Shown here piece by piece: positions 38,628-48,406 of a stretch of DNA of 62,070 nt. The notes beneath the pieces are model-generated. The model had not been told where the DNA came from and made no database searches. It was given only the letters and a program-made list of their open reading frames with translations. The DNA lies in NCBI GenBank assembly GCA_964347305.1, contig CAYFYC010000006.1:1-62070 (forward strand). The letters are read 5' to 3'. Made by a program: the position numbers and the translations under genes. The stretch is from an uncultured Acidimicrobiaceae bacterium. Its GTDB lineage: Bacteria; Actinomycetota; Acidimicrobiia; Spongiisociales; UBA5794. The first letter of the stretch is position 1. The number at the start of each line of letters is the position of its first letter.

Positions 38628-39263
38628 GTGAGCCGCATCGACATCGAGCGGACCGACTACGAGACCGATGGGTTCCGGATCGCCGACCTCGATCCGGATC
38701 CGCTCGTGCAGACCCGGCGGTGGATCGAGCTCGCCGCCGCCGGGGACGAGCCGCAACCCGATGCGATGACGCTTGCCACGGTCGGCCCCGATGGTCGGCC
38801 GTCGGCGCGCTCCGTGCTGCTCAAAGGTGTCGATCACGGGTTCGTGTTCTACACGAACTACGAGTCACGCAAGGGTCGCGATATCTCCGCAACGGGTGTC
38901 GCCGCCATCGGTCTCACGTGGGTCGTCCTCCATCGACAGGTCCGAGCAGAGGGTCGCGTCGAGCGGACGTCGGCCGCCGAGTCCGATGCGTACTGGAGCA
39001 CCAGGCCGCGCGGGGCGATGCTGGCGGCGCTGGCGTCTGCCCAGAGCACCCCCATCAGCGGACGTGGCGCGCTGGAACGGGCGGTGAGCGAACTCGAAGA
39101 CGAGTATGCCGATCGCGAGATCCCGAGACCCGAGCATTGGGGTGGATTCCGGTTGCTGCCCGACGTCGTCGAGTTGTGGCAGGGACGGCGCAACCGGATG
39201 CACGATCGCGCGCTGTACACGCGTGCGGGAGATGCGTGGACCCGACAGCGGCTCGCTCCATGA
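38628..39263 (+). CDS. pdxH: Pyridoxamine 5'-phosphate oxidase
   Basis: FVFYTNYESRKGRDI, HRQVRAEG, ELWQGRRNRMHDRALY, C-terminal RLAP. Confidence 0.9.
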   Translation: MSRIDIERTDYETDGFRIADLDPDPLVQTRRWIELAAAGDEPQPDAMTLATVGPDGRPSARSVLLKGVDHGFVFYTNYESRKGRDISATGVAAIGLTWVVLHRQVRAEGRVERTSAAESDAYWSTRPRGAMLAALASAQSTPISGRGALERAVSELEDEYADREIPRPEHWGGFRLLPDVVELWQGRRNRMHDRALYTRAGDAWTRQRLAP

Positions 39264-39772
39264 CCGGACGCGCCGTCCACGTCGACTTCCGCAAGTGGCC
39301 GGACACGATCCACTGGCAGTTCACCATGTATCACCTGGCCGACGACGAATGGGGCACGTGGTTGTGGACCCCGCCGGGCTCGGTCGCACGTCGGGGCGAC
39401 GAGGAACCCAAGGTCTTCAGACACACGAACGTCAAGCTCATTCGACCCGGGGCGTGGTGGACCGCCATCTGGAACGACAGCGCACGCCACGACCTCTACG
39501 TGGACATCATCACTCCTGCGAAGTGGAACGGGGACCGGGTCACGATGATCGATCTCGACCTCGATGTGGAGCGGCAGGCCGGGGACGGCTTGGTGTCGAT
39601 CCTCGACGAGGACGAGTTCGCCGAGCACCGGATGAGCCTCGGCTATCCGGACCACGTCGTGCAAGGCGCCCGGCGCGCCGCAGACGAGGTGGCGGAGCTC
39701 GTCGCCGCCGGAGCGGAGCCCTTCACCGAAGCGGGTGACCGCTGGATGCAGATCGCGATCGCTCGGACCTGA
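39260..39772 (+). CDS. DUF402-domain protein (putative nucleoside di/triphosphatase-like)
   Basis: DLYVDIITPAKW...MIDLDLDV matches the DUF402 pattern from memory. ATGA overlap with pdxH. Confidence 0.55.
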   Translation: MTGRAVHVDFRKWPDTIHWQFTMYHLADDEWGTWLWTPPGSVARRGDEEPKVFRHTNVKLIRPGAWWTAIWNDSARHDLYVDIITPAKWNGDRVTMIDLDLDVERQAGDGLVSILDEDEFAEHRMSLGYPDHVVQGARRAADEVAELVAAGAEPFTEAGDRWMQIAIART

Positions 39773-39812
39773 GACGCAAGATCTCGGTCCACTCGCCGAC
39801 TGGTGACCCGAC

Positions 39813-40475
39813 ATGACGTACGGCGACTTCGCATGGAACGACCTGCTCGGCGAAAAGCGACGCAGGACCCGCCGCGACGACCGGCCCCGCGCCCGGTTCG
39901 TGGAGGGCGAGCCCGTGCCGTGGATGGGTCATCGAGAGGGGGCGTGGGTTTGGCTGGTGACACGCGAACTGCCGAAAGTCCTCAACCGCCCCTACTTCGC
40001 GTTCACGCTGCCGTCGCTGCGCTCGCCACGCAGGCGAGGGCTCGACGACTACCTGAAGCCGGTGCTCGACGAGATGCGCAACGATCCGGTGTCGCTGTGG
40101 GCGACGTTCGGTGAGGGCGAGCGGACCGGCTTGCGCATCTCGGAGACGACGCCGGGCTTCCCACCCGTCATCGACCGGCTGGTCGAGGTGCCCCTCACCG
40201 CCGCCGGGAAGCTGGATCCGCGCACGCTTGCAGATGCGGTGTCGGCACATCCCAGGCTGCTGGGTCGCAACCCCGTCGGCGTGCACCTCACGCTCAGGGG
40301 CCTGCGTCGGACCGACACGGCCTACGGCGGCACCATCCGTCTCGCCTTCGACGGGCTCAGCCTCCTCCTCGGTGGCAACCTGGAGTCGCCGGCAGACACT
40401 CGCATCTGGGACCTGAGGGTGGTGCGGGACAGCCGGGCCGATGTCGCCGAGATCCGGGTCTGGGAGATCCGCTGA
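39813..40475 (+). CDS. Hypothetical protein (220 aa), basic N-terminus, no recognised domain
   Basis: Clean ORF with an ATG start and coding-like composition. No motif recognised. Confidence 0.55.
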   Translation: MTYGDFAWNDLLGEKRRRTRRDDRPRARFVEGEPVPWMGHREGAWVWLVTRELPKVLNRPYFAFTLPSLRSPRRRGLDDYLKPVLDEMRNDPVSLWATFGEGERTGLRISETTPGFPPVIDRLVEVPLTAAGKLDPRTLADAVSAHPRLLGRNPVGVHLTLRGLRRTDTAYGGTIRLAFDGLSLLLGGNLESPADTRIWDLRVVRDSRADVAEIRVWEIR

Positions 40476-40478
40476 GGG

Positions 40479-43400
40479 TCAGAGCCGTCCGAGCCCGTCA
40501 CCGGCCTCGGCGATGCCGCTCAGACCGGGCGACTCCTCGTACCAGACCTGTGCCCCGCCGCTCTGGAGCCCGATCGACTCGCCGTAGATGATCATCACGA
40601 CACCCGCCGCCGGCACCTCGAGGTCCTCGCTCGGCATGCCGACGATCAGATCGTCGTGTGCATCGCCGTCGAGATCTGCGGCGCGCAGGTACTCACCGAA
40701 GTGGTCGCCGTCTTCAGGAGACGCCGGGAGCCCGTCGTGACCCTGCAGCCACAGATCGGCCCCGATGGCAGCGAGACGATCAGCCGACCCGTACAGCACC
40801 GTCACGGCCCCGGTCTTGGACGCGCTCGGGATGCTCTCACCAGGGTGACCGATGGCGAGATCCGCGAACCCATCACGGTCGAAGTCGCCTGCCGTCAAGG
40901 ACGCACCGAACTCGTCGCCACCGTCGGCCGTGCCAGGCACCCCGGGCACGTCCGCGTGCCACGTTTCACTCAGATACGCGACGAGGCCCGAATTGGTGCC
41001 GCGGAGCACGTGGACCGCGCCCGCATGCCAGCGACCCGAAGTCCGCTCCCCCGGCACTCCGATGGCGAGCTCGTCCTTCCCGTCACTGTTGAAGTCGGCC
41101 GCGGCCAAGGCCATACCGAAGCGATCGCCGCGTTTCGGTTCACCCGGAATCGCCGACTTGGCCTGCGAGAATCGCTGGTTCCCGGATGCCGTCAACCCCT
41201 TGCTCCCTCCGTAGAGGACGTTGACGACGCCCGCCAGGTCCTCGCCCTGCTGCGCGTCGAAGGGGGCGCCCACCGCCAGGTCGTCATACCCGTCGCCGTC
41301 GAAGTCGCCAACGGCGAGCGTGGCGCCGAACCAATCGGCTTTGCCCGCCGTGCCCTTGATGCCGGCCGAGTTCTGCGACCACAGCTGAGAGCCGGCAGCG
41401 CCCAGACCCGACTTGGCGCCGTAGACCACCGTCACCGAACCGGCGGCTCGCCGTGAGATGTTGTCGCCGGGTGCTCCGACCGCGAGATCGTCCCAGCCGT
41501 CGCCGTTGAAGTCGCCGGCGGCCAGTGCAGCGCCGAAACGTGCGTTGGGGCGGGCGGCGCCGGCCATTCCTTCCAGATCACGGTGGAGCATCACGCTGTC
41601 GACGTCGGTCAGGCCGCGCTTGCTCCCCGGGATCACATTCACGACACCTGCGGCGGCGATGTCTCCGACACCGTCTTCCGGCGCCCCGACGACGAGGTCA
41701 CCGTACCCGTCTCCGTCGAAGTCACCCGTCGCCATGGCAGACCCGAAGGCGTCTCCGGCTTCGACGGGACTGCCGAGCGATCCGACGTCCTGATGCCATC
41801 GCTGGGCACCGGTCGTGGTGGGTCCTGCCTTGGTGCCATACAAGACGTCGACGACACCGGCATCGGTCTTCCCATCGACGTCCTCTCCGGGAATGCCGAT
41901 CGGGAGATCGGCGATCCGGTCCCCGTCGAGATCCCACGGCACGTCGCTGCCGACCGCGCCACACGTCCAATCCGGCTCCTGGAACCAGAAGGTGTCGCTG
42001 CGACTCTGCACACCGCCCAGGTACACACGCACAGTGCCGGCGGGTGTCATCATCATGAGGTCGCGCCGCCCGTCGCCGTCCCAGTCCTCCAACTCGTAGA
42101 GGCCCCCGGCGAGAGCAGCCGCACCAGTGACCTGGCGCTGCAGCCTCGTGGCGAGCTTGTCGGCGCCGGCATAGACGCGGAGCGTCACGGTGCCGTCCAC
42201 CTCGATGACGGCGAGATCGGCCCGGCCGTCGAGATCATGATCCGTCAGATCGAAGCGCCAGGCGGAACCGTCGGTGGTGTCGCCGATGTCGAGGGTGGCG
42301 CGGTAGATCTTCGTCGTGAAATCGGTGGCGCCGTTGTAGACATCGACGACGGTCCTGGCACCGCGGCTCACGACGTACAGGTCCGGGACGCCGTCACGGT
42401 TGTGATCCCCGGCGAGATATGTCCCGTTCGCGGGAGAGCCGATTCCGGGCGAGAGGACGAGCGGATCCGAATAGCGATCCGCGTAGCGACCCACCGTGAT
42501 CCGGAGGTCGGCCCCGCCGTCTTCGATCACCCAGACATCGGCGCGCGCCGTTCCGGCATGGTCTGCGACCAGGATCGACGCTCCGGGGCGCGCTCCTCCC
42601 TCGAAGACGGCAGTCGACACGCCGCAATAGGAGAAGTCTCGCGACGAACGCGCGAAGGAGACGAGGAGGTCGTCGTCGCCCCACGGCTCCACTCGGAACA
42701 CGTCCGGAGCTGCGTCGGCATTGCCGTCCTGGAACGTGTAGTGCATGCCGGACTCGAGGGCACCGAACGTCGAGGTGAACGTCGCCTCGACGTCGCCATA
42801 GTCGGACGGCGCCGTGACCGGATCGAACGGCGCCGGGATGGCGCCATAGCCCGGCGTGGCGAGCGGCCCTTGCCATGAGAAGTGCATCGGGTCCTTGATC
42901 GTCTGCCAGTCACCACCCCAGCAGAAGCCGGCGTCGCGCCATGCATCCACGAACCACTCCGGCATGTCGGTCACCAGCTCGTTGTCGGACCGATACGGAT
43001 TGGTGTCCCAGTTGATGTCGATCGTGGTGCCGAACGAGTGCGTCGACATCCGATAGAGGCCGCCGATTCGCCGCCACACCCAGCCACCGGCGATGCGAAC
43101 GTCGTACTGACGGCCTTTGGCGGCCTCGGCGGCCAGGTTGGCCGCCACCCGCTCGAAGGCAGGCAGCGCACGCTCGTGCACCTTCGTCGTCCGGCCACCG
43201 GACATCGGGATGGTCCAGGTCACCATCGAGCCGGACACGTCGCCGTAGTCACGACCGAAGAAGTCGCCCCACGGACCTCGCACTTGATGATTGGACGGGA
43301 TCGAGCGATTCGACGTCGAGTTCGTGGTGGTGAGCGGCGGCATGACCCCCCTGGGCTCCCCACACCCGGCAGACTCGTTGAAGTACGTGGCGCCGAACAG

Positions 43401-43610
43401 AGCGGCTTCGCGGGCCGTGCGCGCATCGGATCCGTGCAGATGGAACCCGGACATCTCCTCCAGGTCTCCGTGCACGTGCCCGTCGGTCTCTGGCTCGTCG
43501 GCAGGAGCTGCTGCAGGAGCCACGACGGACGACATCGTCATGGCGAACAGCACCACCGCCGCCATCGTTGTTCGCCGCACTGCCAAACCCTTCAGTCGAG
43601 CCCGGCACAC
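40479..43610 (-). CDS. Secreted M15-family (VanY-like) zinc peptidase fused to two FG-GAP/VCBS beta-propeller regions
   Basis: Signal peptide. Zn-ligand motifs STHSFGTTID (SxHxxGxAxD-like) and DPMHFSW at residues 189-245. About five VCBS-like blades follow, then seven canonical FG-GAP blades (for example FGAALAAGDFNGDGWDDLAVGAPGD...AGSVTVVYG). Confidence 0.8.
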   Translation of the reverse strand: MCRARLKGLAVRRTTMAAVVLFAMTMSSVVAPAAAPADEPETDGHVHGDLEEMSGFHLHGSDARTAREAALFGATYFNESAGCGEPRGVMPPLTTTNSTSNRSIPSNHQVRGPWGDFFGRDYGDVSGSMVTWTIPMSGGRTTKVHERALPAFERVAANLAAEAAKGRQYDVRIAGGWVWRRIGGLYRMSTHSFGTTIDINWDTNPYRSDNELVTDMPEWFVDAWRDAGFCWGGDWQTIKDPMHFSWQGPLATPGYGAIPAPFDPVTAPSDYGDVEATFTSTFGALESGMHYTFQDGNADAAPDVFRVEPWGDDDLLVSFARSSRDFSYCGVSTAVFEGGARPGASILVADHAGTARADVWVIEDGGADLRITVGRYADRYSDPLVLSPGIGSPANGTYLAGDHNRDGVPDLYVVSRGARTVVDVYNGATDFTTKIYRATLDIGDTTDGSAWRFDLTDHDLDGRADLAVIEVDGTVTLRVYAGADKLATRLQRQVTGAAALAGGLYELEDWDGDGRRDLMMMTPAGTVRVYLGGVQSRSDTFWFQEPDWTCGAVGSDVPWDLDGDRIADLPIGIPGEDVDGKTDAGVVDVLYGTKAGPTTTGAQRWHQDVGSLGSPVEAGDAFGSAMATGDFDGDGYGDLVVGAPEDGVGDIAAAGVVNVIPGSKRGLTDVDSVMLHRDLEGMAGAARPNARFGAALAAGDFNGDGWDDLAVGAPGDNISRRAAGSVTVVYGAKSGLGAAGSQLWSQNSAGIKGTAGKADWFGATLAVGDFDGDGYDDLAVGAPFDAQQGEDLAGVVNVLYGGSKGLTASGNQRFSQAKSAIPGEPKRGDRFGMALAAADFNSDGKDELAIGVPGERTSGRWHAGAVHVLRGTNSGLVAYLSETWHADVPGVPGTADGGDEFGASLTAGDFDRDGFADLAIGHPGESIPSASKTGAVTVLYGSADRLAAIGADLWLQGHDGLPASPEDGDHFGEYLRAADLDGDAHDDLIVGMPSEDLEVPAAGVVMIIYGESIGLQSGGAQVWYEESPGLSGIAEAGDGLGRL

Positions 43611-43664
43611 CCCTGCCGGACATGACTAGTCAATCGGCACGAATGGATCCGTTCTGAAGACCGA

Positions 43665-44654
43665 TCAGGCGATGTCGGGGATTCGCGGGGCTTCGGCATC
43701 TCGGATGCCGATCAGGAACCCGATACCCCATGCCACGTGCATGACGGGAAGCACGAAGACGAGTCCCAGTACTGCGAGATCGCGCCGCCGGATGGCTTCG
43801 ACGACGGCGGCAGTCACCACCGCGGCGCCATAGACGGCCGGCACGATCAGCCCGAGCGCCGTCCCTGCGGCGAGGGCCGCCAGCGACACGAGCAGCGCCA
43901 CCACGAACAGCGGAGGCACCAGCTGCCGCCACCGCAGCGACGTGGGGTTCCGCGTCAGCATCACCCGCTTCCACCTCCCGTACTGGAAGTACTGCGAGGC
44001 GAGCGCACGGAGCGTCGCACGAGGCCGGTACACCACTTGCAGCGCCGGATCGAAGTACACGGTGTGGCCGTTGACCCGCAGCCGGTGATTCAACTCGTAG
44101 TCCTGGTTGCGAACGAGGCTCTCGTCGTATCCACCCACATCGGCGAGCGCCGTGCGTCTGAACGCACCGAGATACACGGTGTCCACCGGACCGGCAGCTC
44201 CCCCGCGATGAAACCTGGCGTCGCCGACACCGAGCGGTGTCGTCATGCCCGCGGCGACCGCCCGCTGCACGGGTGCGACACCGACGGCCTGCTGTACGCC
44301 GCCCACGTTGCCTGCGCCGGTGGCATCGAGCAGCTCGACCGTCCGAGCGATGTATCCGGGCGGCAGCTCGGCGTGGGCATCACAGCGCACGATCACGTCG
44401 CCAGACGATGCCGCGATCGCCCGGTTCAGGCCGGACGGGGTGCGACCCAAGGGATTGTCGACGACGACGAGCCCGGGCACACGTCGCTGGAGATCGGCGA
44501 GGGTCTCACGGGTGCCGTCGGTACTCATCCCGTCGGCGACCACGATCTCGAGGGCGGCATCGACTCGCTGGGCCGCGATGCTCTCGACGGCGGCGACGAT
44601 CGAGTCCGCCTCGTTGCGGACCGGCATGATCACGGACACGATGCGCTGGCTCAC
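43665..44654 (-). CDS. Family 2 glycosyltransferase with C-terminal TM segments
   Basis: VSVIMPVRNEADSI, a DAH (DxD-like) motif, and a hydrophobic C-terminal region. Confidence 0.85.
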   Translation of the reverse strand: MSQRIVSVIMPVRNEADSIVAAVESIAAQRVDAALEIVVADGMSTDGTRETLADLQRRVPGLVVVDNPLGRTPSGLNRAIAASSGDVIVRCDAHAELPPGYIARTVELLDATGAGNVGGVQQAVGVAPVQRAVAAGMTTPLGVGDARFHRGGAAGPVDTVYLGAFRRTALADVGGYDESLVRNQDYELNHRLRVNGHTVYFDPALQVVYRPRATLRALASQYFQYGRWKRVMLTRNPTSLRWRQLVPPLFVVALLVSLAALAAGTALGLIVPAVYGAAVVTAAVVEAIRRRDLAVLGLVFVLPVMHVAWGIGFLIGIRDAEAPRIPDIA

Positions 44655-44745
44655 GGACCGCAGGCTACGCAGCGGACTCCGACAGGCCGAACATTGTTCG
44701 TGCTTCCGTGGGACGGGTGGACTGCGGGCGGACCATACTGGTGCC

Positions 44746-45411
44746 GTGATCCGCTACGTGGAGCTCGAACCGAAGTATGCCGAGGCGCTCGCAGAGATCG
44801 AGAGGATCTGCTTTCCGACGGCAGACGCCGAAGGTCTGCTGAAGGCCGACGACGTCCTCGCCCAGTGCGAGGTGTTCCCCGAGGGCTCCTTCGTCGTGCT
44901 CGACGGCGACACGGCGATCGGAATGGGTATGGGCGTGTTCGTCGACTTCGACTTCGACCACCCGCAGCACTCGTTGGCAGACGTCGTCGGTCCCCATGGA
45001 TGCGAGTACCACGACGAATTCGGCGAGTGGTACTACGGCACCGACATCGCCGTCTTGCCGGCCTACCGGGGTCGAGGCATCGGACGCCGGCTCTACGAGC
45101 TCCGCAAGGATCTGGTCAGGCGTCACAACCGTGCCGGAATCGTGGCGGGCGGCGTGATCCCCGGCTTCGCAAAGCACAAACACGAGATGACCGCCGAGGA
45201 GTACGTGGCCAAGGTCGTGGCCGGCGAGCTGAATGATCCGACCCTGACCTTTCAGCTCGCCAACGGGTTCGAGGCCCGGGGCGCCATCGCCGACTATTGG
45301 GGCGACCCGGCGGTCGACGACTGGGCGTCGCTCATCGTCTGGCCGAACCCCGACTACGACGCAGAGCAGCTCGCAGCGGCCAAGCGGGCTGCAGCGGCGT
45401 CCGGAGCCTGA
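44746..45411 (+). CDS. GNAT family N-acetyltransferase (paralog 1)
   Basis: Acetyl-CoA loop YRGRGIGRRLYELR. Shares DFDFDHPQH, HKHEMTAEEY and TLTFQLANGFEARG with the 53778..54407 product. GTG start at 44746. Confidence 0.75.
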   Translation: MIRYVELEPKYAEALAEIERICFPTADAEGLLKADDVLAQCEVFPEGSFVVLDGDTAIGMGMGVFVDFDFDHPQHSLADVVGPHGCEYHDEFGEWYYGTDIAVLPAYRGRGIGRRLYELRKDLVRRHNRAGIVAGGVIPGFAKHKHEMTAEEYVAKVVAGELNDPTLTFQLANGFEARGAIADYWGDPAVDDWASLIVWPNPDYDAEQLAAAKRAAAASGA

Positions 45412-45413
45412 GC

Positions 45414-46799
45414 GTGCACATCGACGAGGCCGTACGAAGACCGTTCTGGTGGGACGCGGTGGATGCCCGCCCGACGCGCCCTGCGCTCCCTGCGGCGCGA
45501 GAATGCGACGTCGCCATCATCGGTGCGGGGTTCACCGGCCTCTGGACCGCGTACTACCTCAAGGAGCACGATCCCGACCTGTCGGTCGTGGTCCTCGACG
45601 CCAACCACGTGGGTTTCGGCGCTTCGGGACGCAACGGCGGATGGTGCCACGCCGAATGGCCCCTGGGCATCGGCACGCTGGCGCACGACCACGGCAAAGA
45701 CGCCGCGGTGCGCCACATGCGTGCTCTGTTCGCCACGGTCGACGAGGTGGGGCAGGTCACCAGGGACGAGGGCATCGACTGTCATTACGCAAAGGGAGGC
45801 GTGCTCGCCATCGCCCGCAGCCCGCTGCATCTGCGTCGCGCCGAGGAGGAGGTGGCAGAGGCCCGCGAGATCGGGTTCGGCCCCGACGACTACGTGCTGC
45901 TCTCGGGCGCCGAGGCCAGAGAGAAGCTGAACGCCACCGACGTCATCGGCGGCAGCTGGAGCCCGCACGGCGCCGCCATCCAGCCGGCTCTTCTCGTCCA
46001 CGGTCTCGCTGCCGCCTGCGAGCGCCGCGGAGTCACGATCTATGAGCAGACGGCGGTGACGCATCTCGAGCCGGGGATCGTCACGACCACCCACGGGACG
46101 GTACAGGCGGAGATGGTCGTGAGGGCCACAGAGGGTTTCACGGCCCGGCTGCCGGGCATGCGCCGCACGATGGCCCCGCTCTACTCCCTCATGGTGGCCA
46201 CCGAGCCGTTGCCCGATGCCATGTGGGACGAGATGGGCCTGCGACAGCGTGCGACGTTCGGCGACTTCCGGCATCTGCTGATCTACGGCCAGCGAACGGC
46301 TGACGGCCGATTCGCGTTCGGGGGACGGGGGGCGCCGTACCACTTCGGGTCGGCGATCGAGGACGACTTCGACATCGACGATGTCGTACACACCGAGATC
46401 ATCCGGGTGCTCACCGAGCTGTTCCCTGCGCTGGCCGAGCGCTCGATCACCCACCGTTGGGGAGGCGCACTGGGTGCGCCCCGGGACTGGCGTCCTTCCG
46501 TCGGGATCGATCGGCCGGGCCGTCTCGCCTGGGCGGGCGGCTACGTGGGCGACGGCGTCAACACGTCGGCACTGGCAGGTCGCACGCTCGCAGACCTGAT
46601 CCTCGAGCGAGCCACCGACCTCACCACGCTGCCCTGGGTGAACCACACCTGGCGCAAGTGGGAGCCCGAGCCACTGCGGTGGGCGGGCATCAACATGGGC
46701 CTGTGGATGGCCAAGACGGCCGACAGAGCCGAGGAGCGGACGGGCAAGTCCTCCCGCCTCGGCGCCTTCGGAAACTGGCTGCGCGGCAAGACCAGGTGA
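45414..46799 (+). CDS. FAD-dependent amine oxidoreductase (DAO family, PuuB/OrdL-like)
   Basis: DVAIIGAGFTGLWTAYYL dinucleotide fold and GFGASGRNGGW. GTG 45414 lies 2 nt after the GNAT stop. Confidence 0.75.
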   Translation: MHIDEAVRRPFWWDAVDARPTRPALPAARECDVAIIGAGFTGLWTAYYLKEHDPDLSVVVLDANHVGFGASGRNGGWCHAEWPLGIGTLAHDHGKDAAVRHMRALFATVDEVGQVTRDEGIDCHYAKGGVLAIARSPLHLRRAEEEVAEAREIGFGPDDYVLLSGAEAREKLNATDVIGGSWSPHGAAIQPALLVHGLAAACERRGVTIYEQTAVTHLEPGIVTTTHGTVQAEMVVRATEGFTARLPGMRRTMAPLYSLMVATEPLPDAMWDEMGLRQRATFGDFRHLLIYGQRTADGRFAFGGRGAPYHFGSAIEDDFDIDDVVHTEIIRVLTELFPALAERSITHRWGGALGAPRDWRPSVGIDRPGRLAWAGGYVGDGVNTSALAGRTLADLILERATDLTTLPWVNHTWRKWEPEPLRWAGINMGLWMAKTADRAEERTGKSSRLGAFGNWLRGKTR

Positions 46800-48406
46800 A
46801 CGCCACCGCCAGCTCAGTGGTGTTCCACGGCGGTCCCGTCTTCGGGCATCCAGCCGGCACGGAGGTGGGCTGCGTCGACGGTGCCATCGTCGCAGTTGGC
46901 GACACGGACGAGGTGAGGGCTGCGGTCGGGGCGAGTCCCGACGTCGTCGACCTGGCCGGCCGCATGCTGACAGCCGGCTTCCAGGACGCGCACATCCATC
47001 CTGTCGAGGGAGGCCTCATCAGGATGCGGTGCAACCTCGAGCCGGCCGCTGATGCGGCGGCGGCCGTCGAGATCGTCGCCCGTTACACGAGGACCCATCC
47101 CGATGAGCCATGGATCAGGGGTGGCGGCTGGAAGTACGACTGGTTCGACAGGGGCAACCCGAGCGCGACGGCCCTCGATGCGGTCACTGACCGGCCCGCC
47201 TACCTCGTCGTCGCAGACGGGCACTCTGCGTGGGCCAACACCCTCGCCCTCGAGATGGCGGGCGTCACTGCCGACACGCCCGACCCGGCGGACGGCGTCA
47301 TCGTGCGCAACGACGACGGGTCCCCTGCCGGAACACTGCACGAGGGGGCGATGAGCCTCGTGGAGCGCATCGTGCCGCGGACGACGGCCGCCGACCGAGA
47401 GCAGGCGTTGCTCGAGAGCCAGACGTATCTCCTCGGCCTCGGGATCACCGCTTGGCAGGACGCGTGGGTCACCCCTGGCATCCACGCAGCCTATCGGCGG
47501 CTCGCCACAGACGGCCGACTGAGGGTGCGAGTCAGAGCCGCACTGTGGTGGGATCGAGACCGGGGCATCGAACAACTCGACGAGCTCGTGGACCGTGCGA
47601 CCGAGTCTGTTGACAGGTACGACCCCCGTACCGTGAAACTCATGCTCGACGGGGTGGCCGAGAACCAGACGGCCTCGGTCCTCGAGCCATGGCTCGACGA
47701 CGCCGGTCTCCCGACGACGAACCGGGGCATCGACTTCATCGACCCCGGCGAGCTCCCGGAGATCGTCACACGCATCGACGCCGCCGGGCTCCAGTGCCAC
47801 TTCCACGCCCTCGGCGATCGCGCCGTACGGAACGCCCTCGACGCCATCGAGACCGCCAGGGAACGCAATGGCCCCAGCCGGCACCGTCCCCACCTCGCCC
47901 ATCTCCAGGTCATCCACCCCGAGGACGTTTCCCGATTCGCCGATCTCGGCGCAACAGCCAACATCCAGCCGCTGTGGGCGGTGGCCGACGAGTCGATGAC
48001 CCGTCTCACCATCCCGTTCCTCGGCGAGGAGCGGAGCCGGCACCAGTATCCCTTCGGGTCACTGCGCCGGGCCGGAGCGACACTCGCCATGGGCAGCGAC
48101 TGGTCGGTGAGCACCCCCGACGTGTTGCAGCAACTCGCCGTGGCCGTGGAACGGACCTCACCCGCCGACGGCATCGACGAGCCGTTCCTCCCGGAGCAGC
48201 GCTTGACGCTTCACGATGCGATACTCGCGGCAACGGCCGGCGCCGCCCACGTGAGCTTCTTCGACGACGACTCCGGCCGGATCGCCCCGGGTCTCCGCGC
48301 CGACCTCGCAGTCATCTCGGGCGATCCGCAGAGAGAACCCATTCACGAACTCACCGTCGACATGACCGTGCTCGGCGGTGACATCGTCCACGACACCAGG
48401 AGGTGA
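46796..48406 (+). CDS. Metal-dependent amidohydrolase (amidohydrolase_3 / YtcJ-like)
   Basis: AGFQDAHIHPVEGG (HxH metal site), HFHALGDRA, and a C-terminal GSDW. GTGA overlap with the upstream gene. Confidence 0.75.
   Translation: MNATASSVVFHGGPVFGHPAGTEVGCVDGAIVAVGDTDEVRAAVGASPDVVDLAGRMLTAGFQDAHIHPVEGGLIRMRCNLEPAADAAAAVEIVARYTRTHPDEPWIRGGGWKYDWFDRGNPSATALDAVTDRPAYLVVADGHSAWANTLALEMAGVTADTPDPADGVIVRNDDGSPAGTLHEGAMSLVERIVPRTTAADREQALLESQTYLLGLGITAWQDAWVTPGIHAAYRRLATDGRLRVRVRAALWWDRDRGIEQLDELVDRATESVDRYDPRTVKLMLDGVAENQTASVLEPWLDDAGLPTTNRGIDFIDPGELPEIVTRIDAAGLQCHFHALGDRAVRNALDAIETARERNGPSRHRPHLAHLQVIHPEDVSRFADLGATANIQPLWAVADESMTRLTIPFLGEERSRHQYPFGSLRRAGATLAMGSDWSVSTPDVLQQLAVAVERTSPADGIDEPFLPEQRLTLHDAILAATAGAAHVSFFDDDSGRIAPGLRADLAVISGDPQREPIHELTVDMTVLGGDIVHDTRR

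Noticed and set aside
40500-42100. Periodic repetition at about 150-nt spacing that could be mistaken for a repeat array
   Set aside because: The periodicity is the in-frame FG-GAP blade repeat of a single long coding sequence. The repeats are degenerate at the DNA level and there are no unique spacers, so this is not a CRISPR array or a mobile repeat.
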